From an uncultured Alphaproteobacteria bacterium (GTDB lineage: Bacteria > Pseudomonadota > Alphaproteobacteria > RF32 > CAG-239), in the NCBI GenBank assembly GCA_944391415.1, contig CALXTM010000008.1:2092-66091 (forward strand): a DNA stretch of 64,000 nt, read 5' to 3'. The position numbers and the translations under genes are program-made. Positions within the stretch are counted from its first letter, which is position 1; every line of letters begins with the position of its first letter. This document shows positions 1 through 8,781 of the stretch, piece after piece. The notes under the pieces were generated by a model that ran no database searches, had not been told where the DNA came from, and worked only from the letters and a program-made list of their open reading frames with translations.

Positions 1-312
1 CAAGAAATACAATTTGGCACGACGAACTTTACCAATACGAGATACCTCGATCTTGGCAACGTTTGGTGAATACAGAGGAAATACTCTCTCTACACCCTCG
101 CCAAACGAAATTTTGCGAACGGTAAATGATGAATTTAAGCCGTCGTTTTTGCGAGCAATGCATACTCCTTCATAAACCTGAATACGCTCTCTGTCACCCT
201 CTTTTACTTTGGTATGAACTTTAAGAGTGTCGCCGGGTTTGAAATCGGGAAGATTTTTGCCTTCAAGCAATTTTGCAATCTGCTCTTTTTCAATATTTTC
301 GATAATGTTCAT
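1..312 (-). CDS. rplS: 50S ribosomal protein L19 (3' end runs off the window)
   Basis: Manual translation from ATG at 312: [33 protein letters not shown]...[21 protein letters not shown]...[11 protein letters not shown]; follows trmD in the canonical operon. Confidence 0.97.
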   Translation of the reverse strand, partial: MNIIENIEKEQIAKLLEGKNLPDFKPGDTLKVHTKVKEGDRERIQVYEGVCIARKNDGLNSSFTVRKISFGEGVERVFPLYSPNVAKIEVSRIGKVRRAKLYFL

Positions 313-353
313 AGTTTTACCCTTTTCCATTATATTTGGTTAGCTTTTTACAC

Positions 354-1043
354 CTAATTGTTTTTAGATGCAAGATATTTTTTCCACAGGTCGGGCCTGC
401 GTTGTTTAGTTACTTCTTCTGATTGGAGATGACGCCACGCGGCTATTTTTTGGTGATGACCCGATAATAAAATATCAGGTATCGGATGCCCTTGCCACTC
501 GGTCGGTCGCGTGTATTGCGGATACTCCAACAAGCCATCCTCAAAACTCTCTTCCGAGCTTGATTCTTCATTGCCCAAAACCCCTGGCAACAGCCTTATT
601 ATTGCATCAAGCATTATCATCGCCGCTTGCTCGCCGCCGGTTAGAATATAATCGCCAATCGATATATCCTCGGCACCGTAGGTCTCCAACACCCGCTCGT
701 CTATGCCCTCAAAGCGCGAACAGATAATCGTTAGCTCTTCCTCCTTGGCAAGCTCGTGAACTTTAGCCTGAGTAAGAGGTGTGCCCCTTGGCGACATATT
801 GATAAGCCGGCCTGTATGGTAATTGGCTTGAAGCGCCGCACCCAAAACATCTGCACGCATTATCATCCCTGCACCGCCGCCCGAGGGTGTATCATCAACC
901 GAGCCATGTTTGTCAAAGGCATAGTCTCTGATATTTATTGCCTCAAACGACCATTTGCCGTCATCTAATGCCTTGCCGGTTAAAGATGTTCCCAAAAATC
1001 CGGGAAAAAGCTCTGGAAATATGGTTAATATCTTAACCTTCAT
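354..1043 (-). CDS. trmD: tRNA (guanine37-N1)-methyltransferase
   Basis: ILTIFPE, VDDTPSGGGAGM, SRFEGIDERV, SIGDYILTGGE, LLEYPQYTRP; start trimmed to MKVKIL. Confidence 0.97.
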   Translation of the reverse strand: MKVKILTIFPELFPGFLGTSLTGKALDDGKWSFEAINIRDYAFDKHGSVDDTPSGGGAGMIMRADVLGAALQANYHTGRLINMSPRGTPLTQAKVHELAKEEELTIICSRFEGIDERVLETYGAEDISIGDYILTGGEQAAMIMLDAIIRLLPGVLGNEESSSEESFEDGLLEYPQYTRPTEWQGHPIPDILLSGHHQKIAAWRHLQSEEVTKQRRPDLWKKYLASKNN

Positions 1044-1560
1044 TACCTTCTGCCTCATCTTCAACAAAATGCATCATCTCAATAATAATATAACCGTCTT
1101 TGATATTTATAACCGGGACAAAGCTCTTGGTAAAAGGAACCATCTCCAAAGAACCATTGTTCATCTTAATTTCCAAAATATCACCGGCACCAAAATTATA
1201 AAGTGCATTAACCTGACCTAAAACTTCACTCGAAGAATTTTTGACCTCAAGCCCTATCAAATCAGTATGATAAAACTCTTCGTCTTTTAACTCAGGCAAT
1301 AACGCGCGGTCGATATACAATCCCGTACCGATTAAAGTCTCGGCTGTGGTCCTGTCATCAACGCCTTTTATCTTGCAGCGCAACAGCTCTTTGGAATGAC
1401 CAACAATTTTTAGTTCAAAGCGCTTGTCGCCCTTGTCATTGCTTAAAAGGCCATAGCGGGTCAGGTTCTTCTCATCAGAAGAAAAACTCTTTACCTTTAC
1501 CTCGCCTCTTATGCCATGTACACCGACAATGGCGCCTAAACAAACTTTGTCTTCAGTCAT
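1033..1560 (-). CDS. rimM: 16S rRNA processing protein RimM
   Basis: GAIVGVHGIRGEVKV, EFYHTDLIGL, NFGAGDILEI; between rpsP and trmD. Confidence 0.96.
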   Translation of the reverse strand: MTEDKVCLGAIVGVHGIRGEVKVKSFSSDEKNLTRYGLLSNDKGDKRFELKIVGHSKELLRCKIKGVDDRTTAETLIGTGLYIDRALLPELKDEEFYHTDLIGLEVKNSSSEVLGQVNALYNFGAGDILEIKMNNGSLEMVPFTKSFVPVINIKDGYIIIEMMHFVEDEAEGNEG

Positions 1561-1591
1561 AGCCAATCAAAAACCTTTAATAACTAATAAA

Positions 1592-2023
1592 TTATTCAGC
1601 AGAAGACTCTTCTGCAGGAGCTTCAGCCTGAGCAGCAGCGGCTTCAGCCTCGGCTTTGGCAGCCTCGGCAGCCTCAGCAGCAGCTTTAGCCTTCTCTTCT
1701 TTTTCTTTGATACGCTCTAAAGCTTTGGCCTTAGGAGCAGATTTTTTTGGTTGATCGCGCAAAGCAGGAGCTTTTACCAAACCCAAAGATGACAACATTT
1801 TGGCCAATCTTTCGGTCGGCTCGGCGCCGTTTGACAACCAATATTTTACTCTTTCTTCATTGATGACAAATCTGTCGGCGTGATCCTTGGGGAGCATCGG
1901 GTTGTAAGAGCCCAATCTCTCAATAAATCTACCGTCACGAGGAGCGCGCTGATCGGCTGCAACTACCTTGTAAAACGGACGTTTCTTAGAACCACCACGA
2001 GACAGTCTGATACGTACTGACAT
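1592..2023 (-). CDS. rpsP: 30S ribosomal protein S16 with Ala/Glu-rich C-terminal tail
   Basis: [42 protein letters not shown]. Confidence 0.98.
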   Translation of the reverse strand: MSVRIRLSRGGSKKRPFYKVVAADQRAPRDGRFIERLGSYNPMLPKDHADRFVINEERVKYWLSNGAEPTERLAKMLSSLGLVKAPALRDQPKKSAPKAKALERIKEKEEKAKAAAEAAEAAKAEAEAAAAQAEAPAEESSAE

Positions 2024-2062
2024 TTGTTTTCCTTTCTTAAGTATTAACCTTTGGCAAAAACC

Positions 2063-3454
2063 TTAAAAAGGCAATTTGCCGCCCATTCCTCCAAATGGCA
2101 TGCCGCCAAAAGGAGATTTTTTTAATAAAGACGAACCAAGCAGTTTTGACATACCACCCAGTTTGCCCATTTGCTTCATCATGGCAGACATCTGCTCGTA
2201 GGATTTGAGCAGCTTGTTTACCTCGTGAACCTCTACTCCGGCCCCTTGCGCAATTCTTTTCTTGCGCGAAGCCTTGATTATGTCCGGGTTTCTCCTCTCT
2301 TTAATCGTCATTGAAAGAATTATCGCCTCTTGCTTTTTTATAAGCTTGTCGCCACCGGCGGCTTCTATCTGAGACGAAAATTTGGACAACCCGGGCAACA
2401 TTCCCATTATGCCGCCAAGCGAACCAATCTTTTGAATCTGCTTTAGCTGTGAAAGCATATCCTCCAGATTAAACGAGCCTTTCATCATTTTTTGAGCCAG
2501 CTTTTCGGCATCTTCTTTATCGACATTGTCCATCGCCTTTTCCACAAGCGATACAACATCGCCTTGACCCAAGATGCGCCCGGCCAGCCTGTCGGCATGA
2601 AATTCTTCTATCTCATCTAATTTTTCACCAAGGCCTAAAAATTTTATCGGCACGCCAGATACCATCTTCATCGACAAGGCTGCACCTGCTCTTGAGGAAC
2701 CATCAATCCTTGTCAAAACAAGACCGGTGATACCTATTTGCTCGTTAAACTCACGGGCAACATTGCAGGCGTCTTGACCGATCATGGCATCGGCAACCAA
2801 CAAAACCTCAGTCGGATTGGCTATCTTTTTGATCTCTTTGACCTCGTCCATCAAAACCTGGTCAATATGCAAACGACCGGCCGTATCCAAAATAATGACA
2901 TCAAAGCCACCCTTCTTGGCAAAATCTATTGCCCGTTTGGTGGTTGAAGCAGGCTTTTCACCCTTGACAATCGGCAAAGAAAAACCGCCGATTTGGCTTG
3001 CCAACTGAGCAAGCTGCTCTTGCGCCGCCGGACGATAAATATCAAGTGAGACAAGCAAAACTTTCTTCTTGTTTTTTGATGCCAGCCTTTTGGCCAACTT
3101 GGCCGAAGTGGTCGTCTTGCCGGAGCCTTGAAGACCTACCATCAACACACAAACCGGTGCCGGAGCATTGAGATTTAGCTCTTCATCACCGGAGCTTAAG
3201 AGTTTTAATAACTCGTCATGGACAATTTTTACAACCATTTGTCCCGGTTGAATCGAGCGAACAACCTTCTCACCCAAAGCCTCAGCTTTGACATGGGCAA
3301 TAAAATCTTTGACCACAGGAAGCGAAACATCGGCCTCAAGCAAGGCAACCCTTATCTCGCGCATGGCCGTATTAATATCATCCTCAGACAAAACACCGCG
3401 CGAGGTGATTTTGTTGAAAATGCCGGTTAATTTATCGCTCAATGCTTCAAACAT
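2063..3454 (-). CDS. ffh: Signal recognition particle protein
   Basis: GLQGSGKTT, DTAGR, TRIDG motifs; Met-rich M domain. Confidence 0.98.
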   Translation of the reverse strand: MFEALSDKLTGIFNKITSRGVLSEDDINTAMREIRVALLEADVSLPVVKDFIAHVKAEALGEKVVRSIQPGQMVVKIVHDELLKLLSSGDEELNLNAPAPVCVLMVGLQGSGKTTTSAKLAKRLASKNKKKVLLVSLDIYRPAAQEQLAQLASQIGGFSLPIVKGEKPASTTKRAIDFAKKGGFDVIILDTAGRLHIDQVLMDEVKEIKKIANPTEVLLVADAMIGQDACNVAREFNEQIGITGLVLTRIDGSSRAGAALSMKMVSGVPIKFLGLGEKLDEIEEFHADRLAGRILGQGDVVSLVEKAMDNVDKEDAEKLAQKMMKGSFNLEDMLSQLKQIQKIGSLGGIMGMLPGLSKFSSQIEAAGGDKLIKKQEAIILSMTIKERRNPDIIKASRKKRIAQGAGVEVHEVNKLLKSYEQMSAMMKQMGKLGGMSKLLGSSLLKKSPFGGMPFGGMGGKLPF

Positions 3455-3488
3455 TTGTTATCAAAACCTTATATACATACTATTGCAT

Positions 3489-3516
3489 GCCAGTGTGCGA
3501 ACCCTCGCTGACTGGC
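3489..3516 (-). ncRNA. Probable ffh leader hairpin
   Basis: Minus strand GCCAGU-CA-GCGA-GGGU-UCGC-AC-ACUGGC hairpin 35 nt upstream of ffh; position and shape resemble the alphaproteobacterial ffh motif as recalled, not searched. Confidence 0.5.
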
Positions 3517-3733
3517 GGCACTCCGTAGAGTGTGTTGAATTTTCAGACCTTTTAATTAGAAAATCTGCTTGGTTTATAATCAAAAAATATTGAATTGTCA
3601 AGCACTAAAAACATAAATAAATCACCGACAAATATAGAAGAAAAATTAGCAGTTCGCAGAAAAATTTGCAAAATTGCTAAAAAAATGCTTGCAAGTTATA
3701 AATTTTTAGATTATCAAGAGGATGTCTTTGTAA

Positions 3734-3809
3734 GGTCCCATCGTCTAGCGGCCTAGGACATCGCCCTCTCACGGCGGTAACGCGAGTTCGATTCTCGCTG
3801 GGATCACCA
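3734..3809 (+). tRNA. tRNA-Glu (anticodon CTC)
   Basis: GGTCCCA/TGGGATC acceptor stem, anticodon loop CT-CTC-AC, T-loop TTCGATT, encoded CCA; 76 nt. Confidence 0.96.
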
Positions 3810-3989
3810 ATTCAAAAGTGCCTTAACGGCACTTTTTTTGTTGATCTTAGCGAGACTATTCAATTCCGACTATTGCCTTTGCCTCGCTGCGCTCGCTTGC
3901 TTGCAAAGCCAAGTCTCATTGCTTGGCTTATAAAAAACACCGGAGCAACGGTGTTTTTTATCTCGCAGCACTGGGATCACCAATTCAAA
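3798..3989 (+). repeat. 19-bp direct repeat of the tRNA-Glu 3' end (att-like)
   Basis: CTGGGATCACCAATTCAAA at 3798-3816 and again at 3971-3989. Confidence 0.85.
3814..3839 (+). terminator. Intrinsic terminator after tRNA-Glu
   Basis: AAAAGTGCC-TTAAC-GGCACTTTTTTT. Confidence 0.8.
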
Positions 3990-4015
3990 CGGCAGGTATG
4001 AAAACTGCCGTTTTT
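3987..4015 (+). terminator. Terminator-like hairpin after the duplicated tRNA end
   Basis: AAACGGCAG...CTGCCGTTTTT. Confidence 0.6.
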
Positions 4016-4303
4016 GCGCCGCTACGAAAGCTAAAGCTTTCTACTTGCGCGAACAACTAACCTTTGCCGTGGTCGTTCCTCCCTTGCAAAGCTAAGAGAA
4101 GTTTCTTTTATAAATCAAGCGCTTAATCTAGTTCGAATGTTCATTTTGGGAAAATGTCATTTGGGGATAATTTTCCGAACTCGTTTGAGAAAAAGTCTTT
4201 GTTTTTCAATAGTTTGTCTGAGTTGGAATCTCGCCCAAGTCTTTGCGGTGCTTTTTGTAACCAATAAAGTTTGAAACATGCCAGAAAGAAAAGTTTTTTT
4301 GTA

Positions 4304-4984
4304 TTAACGGCAATGATTTTGGAGCATAGTCGTTAAGGGGATTGCCTTTTTATTTTGTGTTGTCTTTGGTTCATACAGTTCGAATTGCAAATCTTCTCTA
4401 CAATGTTTTATTCCTTCATAAACAATTGCGCGCAATTCTTCTTTTTTATCTGATTTGCATTTTAACAATAATTCTTCTACTATGTTGTCAATGTTATTTG
4501 GTTGGGCGGATGATGGAGGATTGTTTTGCGATTTGTTGGCGGCGTGCATTATTTTTTCTTCAGGCAGAGTTAAATTTTTATTTTCTCCATTTATGTTAGG
4601 AATACAGCCGACAATGTATTTACTGTCTATTGTTCCTTTTATGAGGCGTCCATATTTTTTCAGCAAACAAAATTCATCTATTGGCATATCAAAAACAATT
4701 TTTGTGTCAGCATATCGAGCATTGTCATAACATGAAAAATTATCATGACACATACTTTTCCAAAATGAGGCTTCATTATAAACAGAGGCCATTGAGGCTA
4801 TATCGGAATAAGAACCGCCTTTTTGCCATGAAGATAGTTGTGCTGCATTTTTATTAAAGACAAGACCGTTTTTTTTAATGCTGTTTACATTATTTTTATA
4901 TATGCAACGATGCACCAGACGAACCCATCCTTTTTTTAGAGAGGGTAAATTTTCCAATTTATCGTATTGTTGTGCATTGTCCAT
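4304..4984 (-). CDS. Hypothetical protein, possible ADP-ribosyltransferase-like fold
   Basis: AT-rich ORF, start trimmed to MDNAQQ; VRLVHRC...NSIKKNGL and GTIDSKYIVG resemble H-type ART/Tpt1-like motifs. Confidence 0.55.
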   Translation of the reverse strand: MDNAQQYDKLENLPSLKKGWVRLVHRCIYKNNVNSIKKNGLVFNKNAAQLSSWQKGGSYSDIASMASVYNEASFWKSMCHDNFSCYDNARYADTKIVFDMPIDEFCLLKKYGRLIKGTIDSKYIVGCIPNINGENKNLTLPEEKIMHAANKSQNNPPSSAQPNNIDNIVEELLLKCKSDKKEELRAIVYEGIKHCREDLQFELYEPKTTQNKKAIPLTTMLQNHCR

Positions 4985-5292
4985 ATCGTTTTTCCTTTTA
5001 TGCTGATAATAACATAAAAATATAATTTTATCTATTATTTTTTTCATTAACTCGTTCGGAAACCATGCGTTAAGCATCACCAATTAAAAGCGCCCTTTTT
5101 TAAAGGGTGTTTTTTTGTATTGAAAAGTAAAGTTTTTTTTGGGAAAAATAAAAAATTCAATTCTGTTAAAAAGTTTTGAATATTTTGTTTGAAGGCAAAT
5201 TATTTTATGATAAAAATAACTTGACTTAGAGCTTACTCTAAAAATTATAATATCAAACAGAATCGAAAATTGATAAGGGAGTTGTTGCGTAT

Positions 5293-6432
5293 ATGTTGTC
5301 TTGGAGTGTGATGGCATCAATGGTAGGTTGCACCATAACCATGTATTTGTTTATAAGATATGTGTTGATGTCATCCTTAAGCTGGCCTATTGCCATAATC
5401 TTGTTATTTGTTTTGCTCTTGATTGGTTGCGTGCAGCCGTTAAGCAGCTATGGCTTTGAAAGCCTATTGGGCAAATACTACCCCTTATATCGCTACATAA
5501 TCTATTTCTTATTTGTCGGTTGCGTAATTTTGGCCGGGCTTACTTTGGTTTGCGACAGTTTATGGTTTGTTGCCTACAAAACAGGGCTTATCAACTGCTC
5601 TTCTTTTAGCCCAAGTATTTGTGTCAAAGTTAATTGGTGTTTGATTATCGCCGCTTTGATGCTAAGTTTATATGCCCTATATGAGGGAACAAAAGTACCA
5701 AATGTCAAAGAGCTTGATATTTATTCCGATAAAATTACCGCGGATAAAAAAATTGTGGTATTAAGCGATATACATATTCATCGGGTCATATCCTCAAACA
5801 AAGTGAAAAAAATTGTAGAACGAACCAATCTGCTCAAACCTGACATAATTATTCTGGCAGGCGATGTCGTGGATGATAATATCAACAAAATTGGCAATGT
5901 TGTTGATTTGCTGGGCGGGCTTAAAGCCAAAGACGGTGTTTATTTTGTAAGCGGCAATCACGAATTTTATGCCGGATATCGCGATAGTTTGGTTGCCCTG
6001 AAAAAGCTTGGTTTCAAACAAATCGAAAACTCCGGTGTCGATTTGGGTGATATCTCACTGGCAGGAATTCCCGATTGGCGGACGGCACAACGCATCGGCC
6101 TTTTGATAAGGCTTGATGCAGCCTTTGCCAAGGCGAAACCCAATCAATTTAAGATTTTGGCATCGCATACTCCGGTTAGCTTTGGCAAGGAAAATAATTT
6201 TGATTTGCAAGTGGCAGGACATACTCACGGCGGGCAAATTTTTCCGTTTCATATCTTATCTGCATGGCATAATAAATATCTCTCAGGATTATATGACATC
6301 GAAAATAATGCGAAAATTTATGTATCTCGCGGAGCCGGACAGTGGGGGCCGCAAATGCGCCTGTTGGCACCTTCTGAGATTACTTTGATTAACCTTAAAC
6401 CAGAAAAAAAGGAGAATAAAAATGAGTTTTAA
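5293..6432 (+). CDS. Membrane-anchored calcineurin-like metallophosphoesterase (YkuE/YaeI type)
   Basis: N-terminal TM helices; DIHIH, GDVVD, GNHE, SHTP, GHTHGGQ. Confidence 0.92.
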   Translation: MLSWSVMASMVGCTITMYLFIRYVLMSSLSWPIAIILLFVLLLIGCVQPLSSYGFESLLGKYYPLYRYIIYFLFVGCVILAGLTLVCDSLWFVAYKTGLINCSSFSPSICVKVNWCLIIAALMLSLYALYEGTKVPNVKELDIYSDKITADKKIVVLSDIHIHRVISSNKVKKIVERTNLLKPDIIILAGDVVDDNINKIGNVVDLLGGLKAKDGVYFVSGNHEFYAGYRDSLVALKKLGFKQIENSGVDLGDISLAGIPDWRTAQRIGLLIRLDAAFAKAKPNQFKILASHTPVSFGKENNFDLQVAGHTHGGQIFPFHILSAWHNKYLSGLYDIENNAKIYVSRGAGQWGPQMRLLAPSEITLINLKPEKKENKNEF

Positions 6433-7585
6433 TTTCTATGTACCGGTTAATGTGTTTTTTGGGCGTGGCGAATTGGACAAACTCTCCGAGCGTAACTTGC
6501 CTGGCAAAAAAGCCTTGGTGGTTATCTCCAACGGCAAATCGGCAAGAGCCAACGGCTATCTTGACCGCTTGCTCGGTCAACTAAAAAAAGCCAATATCGA
6601 CTATGCAATATTTGATAAAGTTGAACCAAATCCACTAAAATCGACAGTTATGGCCGGAGCCAAAACGGCCAAAGAAAACGCTTGCGACTTTGTGGTTGCG
6701 CTTGGCGGCGGAAGCGTGATGGATGCGGCCAAGGCAATTGCCGGCATGGCCACCAACGATGGCGATTTGTGGGAATATATGCCCTGGGGTACCGGCAAGG
6801 CCAAAGCACTCAAGAACAAGGCCCTGTCATTGGTTTGTATCTCCACCACGGCCGGAACCGGATCGGAAATTGACAACGGTGCCGTAATTACTAACCCTGA
6901 AACAAATGAAAAAACCGCTTATTTCGGCGAGTTCCCATATCTGTCGATTGTTGATGCCGATTTGATGGCAAGTGTTCCGCCAAGACAAACCGCTTATCAG
7001 GGGTTTGATGCTCTCTTCCACTCAACCGAGGCCTATATCGCCACCACTGCTAATTTGATGAGTGATATGTTTGCCAGAGCGGCAATTGAGAATGTTGGCA
7101 AATACTTGGCCAGAGCCGTTAAAAATGGCCAGGATATGGAGGCAAGAGAGGGTATGGCTTTTGCCAACTCGATGTCGGGATATGTGATGTGTGTGGGCTC
7201 TTGCACCAGCGAGCACTCGTTGGAGCATGCGTTGTCGGCCTATCATCAGGAACTGCCGCACGGCGCCGGATTGATTATGATTTCTAAAGCCTATTATACC
7301 CACATGATTAAATCAGGCGTTAGAAAAGAGCGTTTTGTTGATATGGCAAAATTTTTGGGCCTTAATGATGCCAAAGAGCCAATGGATTTTATCAAAGCTT
7401 TGGATAAATTGCAGCATGAGTGCGGAGTTGACAACCTTAAGATGTCTGACTACGGCATCAGTGAAGATGAGTTTGCAACTATGGCCCAAAATGCCAAAGA
7501 ATGCATGAGCTTGTTGTTTGAATTTGATCCTGTCAAACTATCTTTGCAAGATTGTCAAAACATATATCAGGCATCTTATAAATAA
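6422..7585 (+). CDS. Iron-containing alcohol dehydrogenase
   Basis: EPNP, GGGSVMDAAK, TTAGTGSE, DALFHSTE, HSLEH, PHGAG. Confidence 0.94.
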   Translation: MSFNFYVPVNVFFGRGELDKLSERNLPGKKALVVISNGKSARANGYLDRLLGQLKKANIDYAIFDKVEPNPLKSTVMAGAKTAKENACDFVVALGGGSVMDAAKAIAGMATNDGDLWEYMPWGTGKAKALKNKALSLVCISTTAGTGSEIDNGAVITNPETNEKTAYFGEFPYLSIVDADLMASVPPRQTAYQGFDALFHSTEAYIATTANLMSDMFARAAIENVGKYLARAVKNGQDMEAREGMAFANSMSGYVMCVGSCTSEHSLEHALSAYHQELPHGAGLIMISKAYYTHMIKSGVRKERFVDMAKFLGLNDAKEPMDFIKALDKLQHECGVDNLKMSDYGISEDEFATMAQNAKECMSLLFEFDPVKLSLQDCQNIYQASYK

Positions 7586-7595
7586 AATCGGATTA

Positions 7596-8258
7596 TTAGG
7601 AATTTTTCTTGCCTAGTAAACGATAAAAATATGTAACCAGCTGGCTGCGTGGTTTGAGAATATTTAAAATCTCTGCTCCGCAGCCTTTTATTTTGGCAAC
7701 ACGATATGCATCGGGACAATCAACTTCCAAATAAGATGGATTTAATCCTAAAATATTGCCAGACTGCGGCAATTTAGATAAGGCAATACGTTGACCATAA
7801 AAAAGCGTCAGTTTGGCTCTGACGCTTGAAAAATCGAGATGACTTGCTTCGCTCGGTATTCTTAAAATATCGAGCGAATAACCATCCTTGCTACAAACAG
7901 TGTCAAAATTGTTATGCAGCATATAAAGCTCTAGATTAGGAATATTAAGAAATGTTTTGACACCTTTTTTGGTTTTTGGCAAATATTGATAGCGGCTGAT
8001 CATTCCTTTGTCAACTATGGCAGACGTAACCACCACATCATTCCAGTTAAGGCCTTTTTTTACGCGTTGATTGATTTTGAGAGTGCCTAAAAGATGGATC
8101 ATGCCATCGTTATAATGACGCGGATCTTTGCTGATTTCTTTTTGTCTGATAAGGTGGGTGATGTACTCTTCTTTTGTATCAAAAATACAAGAGATTGAAT
8201 TCGTTTGGCTATTATTCTTAACTCCGTGGTTAACCGGAGCTGTTATCGTAACCGGCAT
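7596..8258 (-). CDS. Hypothetical protein
   Basis: ~220-codon ORF filling the gap between adh and rnhA; no recognised motif. Confidence 0.6.
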   Translation of the reverse strand: MPVTITAPVNHGVKNNSQTNSISCIFDTKEEYITHLIRQKEISKDPRHYNDGMIHLLGTLKINQRVKKGLNWNDVVVTSAIVDKGMISRYQYLPKTKKGVKTFLNIPNLELYMLHNNFDTVCSKDGYSLDILRIPSEASHLDFSSVRAKLTLFYGQRIALSKLPQSGNILGLNPSYLEVDCPDAYRVAKIKGCGAEILNILKPRSQLVTYFYRLLGKKNS

Positions 8259-8280
8259 CCTCAATGCACCACTTAAATTA

Positions 8281-8295
8281 TTAACACTAAGTTAA
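8281..8295. promoter_or_regulatory. CtrA-box-like site
   Basis: TTAA-CACTAAG-TTAA (TTAA-N7-TTAA) just upstream of the 8258 start; AT-rich context allows a chance match. Confidence 0.4.
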
Positions 8296-8334
8296 TATTA
8301 GCCGTATTTTTTGTCTAAATCAAGTATTTTTTAT

Positions 8335-8781
8335 CTAATCAGCCAAAAGCATTGATTTTGCTTGGATTCTGGCCAATTCATCGACTCGTTCGTTTTCGGC
8401 ATGGCCATTGTGGCCTTTGACCCAAACCCATTTAATCTGGTGTTTTTGAATGAGCGACTCGAGAGATTGCCACAAATCTATATTTTTGACCGGTGTTTTT
8501 TTATTGGCTGTGCGCCAACCATTGTTTTGCCAGTTGGGCAACCATTTGGTAACTCCATCCATAACATAGCGGCTGTCTGTATAGATGATAAGCTCGCAGC
8601 TTTTGGTCAAAGCTTTTAATGCCTCTATAACCGCGGTTAACTCCATGCGGTTGTTGGTGGTATTGGCCTGGCCTCCGGAAAGTTCTTTTTCAACTCCGTT
8701 GCACCTCAAAATTACACCCCATCCCCCTGCTCCGGGATTGCCCGAACAAGCCCCGTCGGTATAAATTTCCACTTTTGGCAT
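8335..8781 (-). CDS. rnhA: Ribonuclease HI
   Basis: [40 protein letters not shown]. Confidence 0.97.
   Translation of the reverse strand: MPKVEIYTDGACSGNPGAGGWGVILRCNGVEKELSGGQANTTNNRMELTAVIEALKALTKSCELIIYTDSRYVMDGVTKWLPNWQNNGWRTANKKTPVKNIDLWQSLESLIQKHQIKWVWVKGHNGHAENERVDELARIQAKSMLLAD

Noticed and set aside
4190-4280. Possible CRISPR leader and repeat (ends ...GTTTGAAAC)
   Set aside because: Only one candidate repeat, no spacers, no cas genes
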